DNA of 62,461 nt, the filler included, from Chiloscyllium plagiosum (Eukaryota): the NCBI RefSeq assembly GCF_004010195.1. It is 4 parts of one record of this genome, joined end to end, with 100 filler letters (N's around TTAATTAATTAA, not from the genome) between each part and the next. Parts side by side here need not be neighbours in the genome. Positions count along the whole stretch, not along the records: positions 1 to 24,881 come from NC_057712.1; 3 more parts are not named here. One strand, written 5' to 3'. Positions 13,501 through 24,392 of the stretch are shown piece after piece. The notes beneath the pieces were generated by a model. The model saw only the letters and a list, made by a program, of their open reading frames with translations, searched no databases and was not told where the DNA came from. Each line of letters opens with the position of its first letter. Positions within the stretch are counted from its first letter, which is position 1. Both the position numbers and the translations under genes were made by a program.

Positions 13501-16500
13501 CTAACCTGAATGGATGTATTTTACTTCTCCGTTAATCTCTTTTTTTTTTGTTCTGTTTAGCATCACTCCAATCTTTACCCTGTCGAGTGTGAGTGGCATC
13601 AACCTGGATATGCTGAAAGTATTTCTCAATGTGCTGCCGCCATTAACCAACAGTAAGCAACAGGAGGAGCTCATGCAGCAACTGACTGAGTTTCAGGTAA
13701 ATGGATCTGCGAGGGAGATTACCTGACTCTGTATCTCCAGGCAATAGAAACAACCTGCATTTACAACAACAGCTGTAATGCAGGAAACAGACAATTTACA
13801 TCCAGCTGTCTCAAATGGCATTTAATCATTATTTCATTAAGGAATGTCGGTTATGGGATAGTTATTGACCAGGGTACTGGACACCTTCAAATAATACCTG
13901 GGGATTCTTTAAAATAAAATGGATGTACATGTGCCCCTTAGTGCTGACCCTCCATCAGTTCAGCACCCTCTCAACACTGACGCTCGGACGGCGCGGCGCT
14001 CCCTCGGCGCCGACGCTCGGACGGCGCGGCGCTCCCTCGGCGCCGACGCTCCCTCGGCGTTGACACTAGGACGGTGCGGCACTCCTTCGGCGCTGACGCT
14101 CGGGCGGTGCTCCCAAAGTTGATCTCCCTCTGTTTTGTCTTGTCAAGCACTGTAGTTTGTTGGTATGGAAGGGAATGGGTTGGAAACATTTCAGATAGCG
14201 TTAGCCAATTGTGAAGTTTATGATCTCTTGTTCCTATATCTCCTCCAGGTTGATGAAATCTACTCTGTCCCTGATGTGGGGACAGTTGTTGGTGGGACCT
14301 TGTACAGGTAAGTATGTCCCAACTGTTTCCAACTGTCTCTTCTGGGCCCATTGCTGGAGTTTGTGAAAGAACGGGATGCTTAGGCTGTCTACAGCTGGGA
14401 CTATATGGTTGAAGATAGAACTCGCTGAAAATGGTGTTTGTAGAAGTTGTTTAATTTTCAAAGAGCCACTGGAGCTGGATGAACTGTGGATCATCCGGAA
14501 GGCTGAGGGGGAAGTTGAGAGGATGTACAGGGAGGTGGTCACTCCTCAGACACAGGATAAGGACAGCTGGGTTACTGTCGGGGAGGAAAGGGAACCAACA
14601 GATAAGGCAGGCATCCCTTGTGGCCATTCCCCTCAGCAATAAGTATACCGTTTTGGATATTGCTGGTGGGGACTACCAGGGGAAAGCCATACTTGTCAGG
14701 TTTCTAGCATTGAGCCTGGCACTGTGGCTCAGAAGGGAAGGGGTGAGACTAGAAAAGCGCTAGTGGTAGGGGACTCTATAGTTAGATGGATTGACAGGAG
14801 ATTTTGTGGTCAGGAATGGGACTCCTGGAAGGTATGTCACCTCCCCAGTGCCAGGGTCCGGGATGTTGCTGATAAGGTTGACAAGATTCTGAAGGGGTAG
14901 GGTGAGCAGCCAGAACTCACGGTACATATTGGCACCAATGACAAAGTGGCGAAAGGGATTGAGTATCTGAAAAGTGGCTAAAGAGAGCTAGGTTGGAAGC
15001 TGAAGAGTTGGACGAGTAGAGTAGTGTTCTCAGGTTTGCCACGAGATAGTGAGGTGTGGAACTGGCAGCGAGTGCAGCTTAACATGTGGCTGCGAGGCTG
15101 GTGCAGGAGGGAGGGCTTCAGGTACCTAGACCATTGGGATACCTTCTGGGGAAGGTGGGACCTGTACATGAAGGACGGGTTGTACCTGAACTGGAGGGGC
15201 ATAAATGTCCTGGGTGGGAGATTTGCTCGTGTGGTTCGGGAGGGTTTAAACTAGTTTGGCAAGGGGGTGGGACCAGAGCTACTTATCTGAGAAGGGGGTA
15301 ATTGTAGATGGGGCAGTGACAGGATGTAGTGAATCTATTGGGAAGATTTCTCACGCGATGAAACAAAGGGATCGGTTAAAGTGTGTCTGTTTTAACGCAA
15401 GGAGTGTCAGAAATAAGAGTGATGAACTTCAAGCATGGATCAGTACTTGGGGCTATGTTGTTGTGGCCATAACTGATACATGGGTTTTACAGGGGCAGGA
15501 ATGGTAGCTAGATGTTCCAGGGTTTAGAACTTTGAAAAAGAGCAGGGAGGGTAGAAAAAGAGGAGGGGGTGTAGCATTGCTATTCAGAGAGTGAGTCACA
15601 GCTACAGAAACGAAGGTTGTTGAAGGTTTATCTACTGAGTCAGTATGCGTGGAAGTTAGGAACAGCAAGGACACAGCCACCTCATTGGGGGTTTTCCACA
15701 GACCCCCCTAATAGCAGTAGGGAGATTGAAGATCTCATAGGCAGGCAGATTTTGGGAAAAATGCAGATGTAGCAGGGTTGTTGTTATGGGTGATTTCAAC
15801 TTTCCCAATATCGACAGGAACCTCCTTAGTGCAGATGGTTTGGATGGAGCCGTTTCTGTCAGGTGTGTTCAGGAGGGTTTCCTTACTCAGTATGTAGACA
15901 GACTGAGGAGGGGAGAGGCCATTTTGGATTTGGTGCTCGGCAACGAGCCAGGACAGGTGTCAGATCTCACGGTGGGAGAACACTTTGGTGACAGTGACCA
16001 CAACTGCCTCACATTTACCATAGCCTTGGAGAGGGAAAGGAGCAGTTACCGAGGAAAGATATTTAATTGGAGAAAAGGAAATTACGATGCTAATAGATAG
16101 GAGTTGGGAAGTACAGTTTGAGCGCAACTGTCCACAGGGCACAACAGACATGTGGAAACTGTTTAAGGAGCAGTTGTTGCGAGTGATGCATAAATTTCCA
16201 CAGGCAAGAAGGGGTAAGATTAAGGAGTCTTGGATGACAAGAACAGAGGAGCTTCTCATCAAAAGGAAGAAGGCAGCTTACGTAAGGTGGAGGAAACAAG
16301 GATGTAGCACACCTTTAGAGGATTACAGGCTTGCTAGAAAGGAGTTTAAAAATGGACTAAGGAGAGGCAGGAGGGGGCACGAAAAAGGCTTGGCGGGAAG
16401 GATTAGGGAGAACCCAAAGGTATTTTACTCTTACGTGAGGAGTAAGAGAATGATCAGGGAGAAGGTAGGGCCAATCGGGGTAGCGTAGGGAACTTGGGTG

Positions 16501-19047
16501 TGGAGTCTGAGCAGACAGGGGAAGCCCTAAATGCTTCCTTTTTTACTTTGGTTTTCACCGAAGGAAAGGGACCCGTTGTAAATGAGAACTTTGAGGAGCA
16601 GGGAAACAGCCTTGAACAGATCGAGATTGATGAAGTTGATGTGCTGGAAATTTTGGAAAACATTAAGATTGATAAGTCCCCAGAGCCAGACCAGATTTAT
16701 CCGAGGCTGCTCCAGGAAGCAAGAGATTGTTAAGCCGCTGGCGAAGATCTTTGCTTCCTCACTGTCCACAGGATTTGTATTGGAGGATTGGAAGGAGTAA
16801 TAGGGAAATCCCTGGCAATTACAGACCAGTCAGTCTTATGTCTGTGGTCAGCAAAGTTTTGGAAAGAATTCTGAGGGATAGGATTGATGACTATTTGGAA
16901 AAGCTTAGAGTGATTAAAGGCAGTTAGCATGGCTTTGTGAGGGGCAGATCATGCCTCACAAATCTTATTGAGTTCTTTGAGGGGTTGTCGAGGAAGGTTG
17001 AGCAGTGAATGTGGTGTATATGTACTTCAGCAAGGCATTTGATAAGGTTCCCCATAGTAGGCTTATTCATAAAGTCAGGAGATATGGGATACAGGGAGAT
17101 TTGACTCTGGATTCAGAATTGGTTGGCTGACAGAAGGCAGAGAGTGGTTGTAGATGGAAAGTATTCTGCCTGGAGGCCAGTGTTGAGTGGGGTCCCACAG
17201 GGCTCTGTTCTTGGGCCTCTGCTCTTTGTAGTTTTTATAAATGACTTGGATGAGGAGGTTGAGGGGTGGGTTAGTAAATTTGCCGATGACACAAAGGTTG
17301 GAGGTGCCGTCGATAGTATCGAGGGCTACTGCAGGCTGCAGCGCGACATAGGCAGGATGCAGAGCTGGGCTGAGAAATAGCAGATGGAGTTCACCTGGAT
17401 AAATGCGACGTGATGCATTTTGGAAGGTCGAACTTGAATGCTGAATATAGGATTAAAGACAGGATGCTTGGCAGTGTGGAGGGACAGTGGGATCTTGGTG
17501 TTCGAGTGCATTGATCTCTCAAAGTTGCCACCCAAGTGGATAGGGTTGTTAAGAAAGCATATGGTGTTTTGGCTTTCATTAACAGGGAGATTGAGTTTAA
17601 GAGCCGCGAGGTTTCAGCACAGTGAGGCTGGGGGTGTGAAAGGGGCAAGGTTTGAGAGTATCTGGCTCAGACCGGGCTGGTAATGGCCTGACTTCAAAAG
17701 ATTGGGGCATGGGAGATTGCTTTCGTCATTGTAAACAATTTAATCCATTTAACAAGGAGAATACAGAGGTACGATTTCCTCTGGTTGTGGGAGTGAGGAG
17801 TTTGAACAAGTGGGCAGCAGCTTAATGTTGAAGCTGGGTTTTTCGGGGATGGGGGGGGCAGCTGGTGTCAGAAAAACACCCTCACACAGGGATGGGAATC
17901 TGGACCCTCCCTCCCCGAGCTGTGGTGGTTGGTGAGAGATCGGAGCTTTGAAAGCCAAGTTGCATGCCCTCGGATCCCTCAACGGGTGGGTAAGGAGTTA
18001 GTTGAAATCATCCCTCACCCTGGTTGTTTTGACTGACAGCTCCTCAAGGCTATGGTTTTATCTCTCTCTGTCTCTCTCACTTCTAGTGGCATTTGCAGAG
18101 AAGGGGAGCAGCTGGTTGTGGGCCCCACAGACAACGGCAAGTTCCTGCCTCTGAAAGTGTGCAGTATCCAGCGAAACCGTTCTGCTTGTCGAGTGCTGAG
18201 AGCAGGACAGGCTGCTACTCTGGCCCTGGGCAACTTCGACAGAGCCCTTCTGCGTAAGGTGGGTATCCAGTTCAGCATTGGCCTGGCCTACTGTCTGTTC
18301 CTCAGGCAGTCCAGGGGCTCTGGCACCTCTACGCTCCTCATTTTAAAGTTAGGCCCATTATCTTGACAAGCAAAGCGCAGTTTGGAAAGTTAGAATACAG
18401 GTTGTGGAGGGGCATGAAAGGCCACATCTTCCTCCAGGAAGCAGCTGGTTGCACTGACTTAATATAAACTCCATCTATTCAGGCTGTTCTAGAGAGCACG
18501 GCCTGCCCAGTGGAGTCACTGTCCTGGAGAATGGATCAATTGTCTTTTGCACGCGCTGCTGGGGTTAATAGTGATCAGTTTGGGTCAAAACTCTTGGATT
18601 TTAATTAACTCTGTCTCTGGCCCAGGGCATGGTAATGGTGAGTCTCGAGATGCACCCAACTGTCAGCTCACTGTTTGAATCCGAGATTGTACTGCTCTTC
18701 CACGCAAAGACGTTCCGTAAGGGATTCCAGGTGACGGTGCACGTTGGTAATGTACGGCAGACTGCCATTGTGGAGCTGATCCATGGCAAGGTAAGTGATA
18801 GTTCCAGCCACCATGCATTAGCAAGATTATGCATTCGGCTCCTACCCCAACCCTCCCCCCCTCACTGAAATCTGACTGGAGTTGCTTGTTTCAGGAGGAT
18901 TTGAGAACAGGGGAGAAAGCCGTTGTCCGTTTCCGTTTTATTAAACATCCGGAATACCTGAAAGTGGGAGCCAAGCTGCTCTTCCGGGAAGGAGTGACAA
19001 AAGGGATTGGTCACGTGACAAAGGTTCTAGATGAACTGAAGTGCTGA
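1515..19047 (+). CDS. GTPBP2: GTP-binding protein 2 (translational GTPase, ribosome rescue); spliced model, 5'-partial. join(1515-1541,5165-5349,6583-6691,7668-7865,8776-8950,10131-10350,13561-13696,14249-14307,18087-18258,18626-18790,18895-19047)
   Basis: Eleven AG/GT-bounded exons total 1599 nt (532 aa + stop) with compatible phases. G1 GNVDSGKS, G3 DLAG and G4-like SKVD motifs are present. The translation closely matches vertebrate GTPBP2 as I recall it. Exon 1 is not in the window. Confidence 0.97.
1695..1900. mobile_element. Penelope-like terminal-repeat-derived palindromic element with decayed hammerhead-like core
   Basis: Inverted arms GGGTCCAGT..CTTC / CTGAAGGAGGATCACTGGATC; related copies at about 2400-2495, 4560-4660, 41966-42015 and 60620-60760. 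Confidence 0.55.
1949..2170. mobile_element. Palindromic Penelope-like element (arms of about 85 bp)
   Basis: 1949-2035 is the near-perfect reverse complement of 2053-2141; contains CTGAAG-GGTTGCACCC-AAAACATCG. Confidence 0.65.
2530..4500 (-). mobile_element. Decayed CR1 LINE ORF2 (RT region)
   Basis: Minus-strand ORFs with FVKGRS..TNLLE and LDFQNAFD motifs. Confidence 0.85.
5165..5349 (+). CDS. GTPBP2: GTPBP2 exon ([39 protein letters not shown]...RMAEK)
   Basis: ttccag acceptor, gtaagt donor; 185 nt. Confidence 0.97.
5653..6270 (+). repeat. Perfect 24-bp minisatellite (CCCGCTCTCCCCTTCCACCCGTCC)n, about 25.7 copies
   Basis: Read directly; lies in a GTPBP2 intron; explains the repetitive ORFs at 5492-6326. 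Confidence 0.98.
6583..6691 (+). CDS. GTPBP2: GTPBP2 exon ([11 protein letters not shown]...VPDDQQ)
   Basis: tgcag acceptor, gtacg donor; 109 nt, restores phase 0. Confidence 0.96.
7668..7865 (+). CDS. GTPBP2: GTPBP2 exon with P-loop ([21 protein letters not shown]...NSKGE)
   Basis: ttgcag acceptor, gtagg donor; 198 nt. Confidence 0.97.
8776..8950 (+). CDS. GTPBP2: GTPBP2 exon ([11 protein letters not shown]...[10 protein letters not shown]...ANTGI)
   Basis: tgtag acceptor, gtatg donor; 175 nt; G3 DLAG. Confidence 0.97.
10131..10350 (+). CDS. GTPBP2: GTPBP2 exon ([11 protein letters not shown]...QFAQSP)
   Basis: ctgcag acceptor, gtaag donor; 220 nt. Confidence 0.97.
10770..12090 (+). mobile_element. 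Decayed CR1 LINE fragments
   Basis: [27 protein letters not shown] and [12 protein letters not shown] motifs. Confidence 0.88.
12310..13005 (-). mobile_element. LINE fragment (CR1/L2-like family), 3' part
   Basis: Minus-strand homology to the + copies at 31600-31960 and 53060-54065; RT-like remnants. Confidence 0.65.
13561..13696 (+). CDS. GTPBP2: GTPBP2 exon ([12 protein letters not shown]...LTEFQ)
   Basis: Long polypyrimidine tract + tttag, gtaaa donor; 136 nt. Confidence 0.97.
13935..14112 (+). repeat. CpG-rich variant of a ~33-bp repeat (GACGCTCGGACGGCGCGGCGCTCCCTCGGCGCC)
   Basis: About 5 degenerate units; a related CpG-poor copy lies at 32595-32651. Confidence 0.8.
14249..14307 (+). 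CDS. GTPBP2: GTPBP2 exon ([19 protein letters not shown])
   Basis: ctccag acceptor, gtaagt donor; 59 nt; read directly, not in the ORF track. Confidence 0.95.
14373..17613 (+). mobile_element. Near-full-length but disrupted CR1 LINE (ORF1 esterase, ORF2 endonuclease + RT) in a GTPBP2 intron
   Basis: [20 protein letters not shown] esterase motifs; FNARS, MGDFNFP and SDH endonuclease motifs; [10 protein letters not shown] and FADDTK RT motifs; many stops and frameshifts. Confidence 0.92.
18087..18258 (+). CDS. GTPBP2: GTPBP2 exon ([13 protein letters not shown]...ALLRK)
   Basis: ttctag acceptor, gtggg donor; 172 nt. Confidence 0.96.
18626..18790 (+). CDS. GTPBP2: GTPBP2 exon (GMVMVS...[14 protein letters not shown]...IHGK)
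   Basis: cccag acceptor, gtaagt donor; 165 nt. Confidence 0.96.
18895..19047 (+). CDS. GTPBP2: GTPBP2 last coding exon ([15 protein letters not shown]...VLDELKC*)
   Basis: tttcag acceptor after a 104-nt intron; TGA at 19045-19047. Confidence 0.96.
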   Translation, partial: EDLRTGEKAVVRFRFIKHPEYLKVGAKLLFREGVTKGIGHVTKVLDELKC

Positions 19048-19906
19048 GTGCGTGTGTACTGGAGAACATGGTTCCCTGGGATCATCTCACAAGGCAACGT
19101 CAGTGAACCCAAGACTGACTTCCAGCAGCAATAGCTGGTCCCATTCAAACACAACGTTACCTGTGTCACTGACTCAGCTTCAAGGCATCCCCAGTATCTC
19201 CAACCCGATTAAAGATCAAAGCACCCTTTACCGTGTCTCCTTGCTGGAAGAATTCTTGCCCCTGCTCTCTCAGTCCAACATTCTCTCACTCTGTATCTCG
19301 TACCCATCTGCTGATTTATCACTTTATGCTGCCAGGCAAAGCAGACTATCAAATCATACCTGGAAGCTTTGTGCGATGCACCCACCTGCTTCCTCCAGAG
19401 CTTTAGGCTGGACTATTGCATTGTGGAATCTGTTCATTGAGGGTTTTTCACAGCCTCTAATTCAGCATCAATTGGCAAAGCTAGACTCCTCAAAGTGGCA
19501 TTCTACCAAAGTAACGCTCTCTGGTAACAGCAGAATCCTCAATAGCACAGAGGGACCTTTACTTTGACTGTAACCCTGTGCTATTCCTGTCCTCAGTTTT
19601 TAATGGGGACAGTGTCGAGGGAGCTTTACTCTGAATCTAACCCTGTGCTGGAACAGTCTTTTGTGGTTGGATGTTGAGGGTGGGATCACCAACAGGAGGG
19701 TCTCTGAGAACAAAAGGATCTCTTTAGTTTGCCTTGCAGCCAGTGCTGTGCAGTCGGTTTCTGGTCTGCAGCTGGGGGCATGACTTCATTTTACTGAGTC
19801 CAGTCAGTGCCTTCTAATGGTAGCTGTTAGTTTTCATGTGTGATATAGGACAGTTCATGTATATTGTGTTTCTGTATATAACAGATGTACAGAGAAATTT
19901 GTTTTA

Positions 19907-19912
19907 AATAAA
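19907..19912 (+). terminator. Putative polyadenylation signal of GTPBP2 (AATAAA)
   Basis: AATAAA about 860 nt after the stop, with TGTA motifs upstream and T/GT-rich sequence downstream. Confidence 0.65.
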
Positions 19913-19949
19913 AGTTTAATTCACTGTTTCTCTGATGTTCCTTACTTTA

Positions 19950-20272
19950 GGGGAGGTAATGACCCAGTGTTATCACTAGAGTATTAATCCAGAAACCCTG
20001 GGAATGTTCTGGGCGTACAGGTTGGAATCCCACCAGGCAGAGCATTAAATTTGAATTCAATAGACTCTGAATCCCAGAGTTTTAATGATGACTGTGAAAC
20101 CATTACTGATTGTCAGGAAAAACTAATATACTTTAGGAAAGCAAATCTGCCATCATTACCTGGTCTGGTGTGCATGTGACTCCAAGCAGTATATATGATT
20201 CTTAACTGCCCTTTGACTAGGTCGGCACTAATTACCCAGTGGTGCCCACATCCTATGAATGAATTTTTAAAA
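19950..20272 (+). mobile_element. tRNA-derived SINE (SacSINE1-like; family name tentative)
   Basis: B-box-like GGTTGGAATCCC head, body shared with 13075-13330, tail CACATCCTATGAATGAA. Confidence 0.55.
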
Positions 20273-20619
20273 TTAACCATTCAGTCATTCTCAACTGGAT
20301 GTTGCATTAAAACAAGAGCAGTACTGAAATTGCTCCAAGTTCTTGTTTGTCACAGTGGCCCCTGCATTTCTCTCCCAAATGATCAGAAATACAAAGATAA
20401 TCTCAGCTGAGCTGTCATAGAGTCAGAATGTTTACAGCATGGACAAAGGCCCTACAACTCATCATGTCTGCACTGGTCATTGAGCATCTATCTACTCTAG
20501 TCCTATTTTGTAACACTCTAATCAACCTATTCAGAGATGATATTGCTCAGCTCTGGTCTAGGAGACCTGGTTCAAGTCCTACCTGTTCCAGTGGTAAGGA
20601 CACTAATACTGTAAGAGTA

Positions 20620-22400
20620 ATCATCCGGGAATTATATTAGGAGATTTCAACTTTCCCAAGTTGGGCTCAAGAACAGACAAAACCCCTGACCCAGATGAAT
20701 TGCATCTCAGGCTGCTGTGGGAGCTGATGCAGGGGCTCTGGTGCACATTATTAATTCCTCTCAGGCCACAGGGAAAGTGCCAGAGGTCTGGAGGATGGCT
20801 GATGTGGTTCTACTTTTTAACAGATTGGTAGAGATGAACCAGTGAACCAATTACACACCAGTGAGTCTCACATCAGTGATAGGGAAATTATTGGAGAAAA
20901 TTCTGAAGGAGCAAATTAATACCCACTTGGAAAGCCATTAGTTAATTAGGGATAGTCAGCATAGCTTTGTCAGAGGGAGGTCATGTCTAACAAATTTGTT
21001 AGAATGTTTTGAAAACATGATCAAGTGTGGAGAGGGAATTTCAATTGATGTCGTTTATCTGGATTTTACCAAAGCTTTTGACACAGTCCCACATGGGAGA
21101 CTGAGGGGATTAAAGTACACAGAACTGAGGGAAACTTGGCAAGATGGATCAGAAACTGGCTGAGTAATCAGACACGAAGGGTGTTGGGAGAAGGCGGTGT
21201 GAGTGACTGGATGCTGGTGTAATTTGGTGAACAGGATTGAGGAAAATCCCAGTGTGTTTTATACATTTGGAACAAGTGGGTTGCTAGACACAGGTTAGAT
21301 CCACTCAAGGACTAAGGAGGGTATTTATGCCTGGAGCTGGAGGAAGTGGATGAGATCTTTAATGAATACTTAGCCTCAGTATTCATATAAAGGAGGACAT
21401 GGTAGATGGATAATATATTTTGGGAGGGTGCTGTTGATATTTTAGGGCATCGTAATATCAAGAAAGAAGTATTGGGTATTTTAAGAAGTATTAAATTGCT
21501 GGAGCCTTGAATGAAACCTTTGTAACCCCTTGTCACTGGCAAGGTCCTAGAGGACTGGAGAATAGTCAATGTTGTTCCTTTGTTTAAGGAACAGGGATAA
21601 TCTGGGAAATTACAGGACACTGTATTGGATAAGATATTTAGGCACAGGATTTACTCACATTTAGAAAAATTTGGACTTATTAGTGAAAGATAGCATGACT
21701 TTGTGTGGGGAAGGTCATGTCTCAAACTTTTTTCAGGATATTGATTGGCCGGAGACTTGGGTGGAGAAATGGCAGATAGAATTTAATTCAGAAAATGCAA
21801 AGTGATACATTTTGGAAAGTCTAATGCAGAAGGGAGGTATACAGTAAATGGCAGAACCTTAGTAACATCAATATAGAGATACTTACAGGTCCACACTTCC
21901 CTGAAAGTGCCAACACAAGTGAATAAGATGGTGAATGAGGCACATGGCATGCTTCCCTTCATCGGTCAGGGCACAGAGTATAAAAACTGGCAGGTCATTG
22001 TTGCAGCTGTGTAAAGCTGTAGATAGGCCACATTGAGAATGTTGGATCCAGTTCTGGGATCCACACGGTCAGAAGGATGTGGAGGCTTTGGAGAGGGTAC
22101 AGAAACAGTTTCCCAGGATATTGCCTGGTTTGGAGAGGATTAAGCAAATTAACTTTGTTTTTATTTGAATGTTGAAGGATGAGGGGGACTTGATAGAAGT
22201 TTACAGAATGATGATAGGCATGAATAGACAGGACAGAGTTTTATTCCAGGGTAAAACTGTTCATAACTAGGGAACACAGGTTTAAGGTGAAAGGGAATAA
22301 GTTGAAAGATGATGTGAGACACTTTTGCTTTTTACACAGAGGGTGTTAAATGCCTGGAGGGATGTTTAGGCACCTTGACACTTACATGAATAGGCAGGCA
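20620..22400 (+). mobile_element. Decayed CR1 LINE fragments between GTPBP2 and POLH
   Basis: RT and C-terminal CR1 motifs across several frames. Confidence 0.8.
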
Positions 22401-22465
22401 TGATGTGGAGATGCTTTTTCCGTGTCTCAGACAGAACCAACGGGTCCATTTTGGTGGTGGGGCAG

Positions 22466-22600
22466 AAGTTCGGTACCCATAGGGAGGGCCTCAACTGGGA
22501 CCTTGGGTTCATGTCACATTACAGGTGACCACCATTGCACTATACACGTGCACACTCCCACATGCACCCCCTCACAGACTTTAAGACACTCTGCTCTCAC
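22466..22600 (+). mobile_element. Penelope-like element fragment: C-terminus of the GIY-YIG endonuclease ORF
   Basis: 22466-22528 translates KFGTHREGLNWDLGFMSHYR*, with the GLN motif typical of PLE ORF ends. Confidence 0.6.
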
Positions 22601-23407
22601 TACACACAGAAGACAGTCTTTCCCTGAAACAGGTTGATGGTAGAAATGATGAGGACACGAATGAGCAATGAAGCTTGTAAATGAAACCAGTTCAATTTTT
22701 TCACCAGAAAACAAACTGAGAAGGATTCTGATTTTAAAATCAATCATGAGATCAGGTTTCAAGGTCAGAGTTTGCAATTCCTTGAGCATAGATTGAGAAG
22801 AGAGAAACAAAAATGTTTAAAATGATTGAAGAAAGAGAGAGAACCTGGACAGGAGTGAAAATCAGCAAAAACACTCAATCCACACAGTCAGGATATTGCT
22901 CTCTGCTAAACCTCAGCACAAAACAGCAGCTGATGCAATGACGTGGAAACAGAGCCTGGGATGGAGCAAAGCAATATCAACAACAACACTGGCCAGACAG
23001 GAAACACACCGCGGAGTTGGTGGAGCTCACTGTCACTATGGAGGCAAAAACCAAATCACCCTGAAGTGTGAAGCGCACCTTGCCTGAATAGCAGGATACT
23101 CATGGTTAACTGACCTAACCTACCCACACCTGGAGGGGGAATGTCTGTGTGGCGTGTGCACAGACACCCCACCTTCTTCCCAACCCCAGACTCCCCACTC
23201 CCTCTCCCCAATTCCCCCCACAATCTGACACCCCTCTCCATCCAAAACACATCCTCACTCCCCCAGTTCCAGCTCAGACCAAAGACCTGAACAAAATCCA
23301 GAGGCAGCTTCACAAGAAGGGCTCGAAAGCTGAACAATACTGCGTTTCTGCCTTTATATTTTCTTGGCAATTGAACAGAAGATGAAGCTCCATTTAAATA
23401 ATTCATT

Positions 23408-23413
23408 TTTATT
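23408..23413 (-). terminator. Candidate POLH polyadenylation signal (AATAAA on -)
   Basis: tttatt on +, about 980 nt past the POLH stop; an alternative ATTAAA lies at 24176-24181. Confidence 0.4.
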
Positions 23414-24392
23414 GTTTGTAATTTCAAAATATTGTAGTGCTGGATTGTGACAAAACATTTTTCACCGTGTTTTCCCAAATACATATGACAATAAAATCAT
23501 TCATGCATTCAATTTTCAAGGGGTTCAACTGGCAGCTGATGTGAACAGCCACTCCTACCCCCCGCGGATCTGAGGGACACTGTTAGAAAACACATTGAGC
23601 TCATTTCCAAATTAAAAAATAAGTGTAATTAAAAAGCTGGCCTCAGTAATGGTGAGCCAATCATATCCATCCTGCCATTAAAATCCATTGGCAATGAGAG
23701 GAACTGGAGGCAATACACCTGGCAATTAAAGCACGTTTTATCTAATGGAATGCAGGTACCTCTTGGTCACTTCAAAGAGGTGGAATTATTCAAGCTCCAA
23801 GTCCCATAGAAACATTAGTTTTTCCTTTTGTTAACAACAAAACAGTGGATCCATATATTTGTATCAAACTAGCAGGCAATGCAGTACCTGATGCAGACAG
23901 TGGATGGAGCGCAGGATGAAGTCTGCACTGACGACATCAAACTCCACATACATGGCCAAAACCAGTTTTAGTGTACACTTCCAAATCCCCAATGAGATCC
24001 TGTCACCTTCTCAACAGGAATGAGGGCTGGATAACAGAGGCTGGCCTGGCCAGGAATCCACAGACAATATAGCTGCAGACACACACACTCACCACTATCC
24101 CAGCAGAAACAAAGCACTAATATAACAGCTGAGTAATGTTTGGGATATCGTTAAAGCCTGTCTTTGTAATCTATATTTAATCATACATCATAAATACAGA
24201 ATTCACATTTTAAAAGACTTAAAAAGTGCTTCAGCCACACGCTCTCTCGATCCACGAGGAAGCAGTGAAGCGTTAACCTGCCTCCCCTCCTCCCCCACTA
24301 CCCCGATCACCTCTCCTCAGCCTCCATCTAATGTGGCTGTCTCCCTCACTCCCACAGCCTAGTTCAGAGCCTCCCTCTCTCCACCCCGGGGT

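Noticed and set aside
14373..17613. Active LINE or domesticated esterase/RT gene
   Set aside because: Multiple stops, frameshifts and deletions; 3' end missing.
19052..19567. 171-aa ORF right after the GTPBP2 stop
   Set aside because: Non-ATG start, no recognisable motif, lies in the 3' UTR and is out of frame for simple readthrough.
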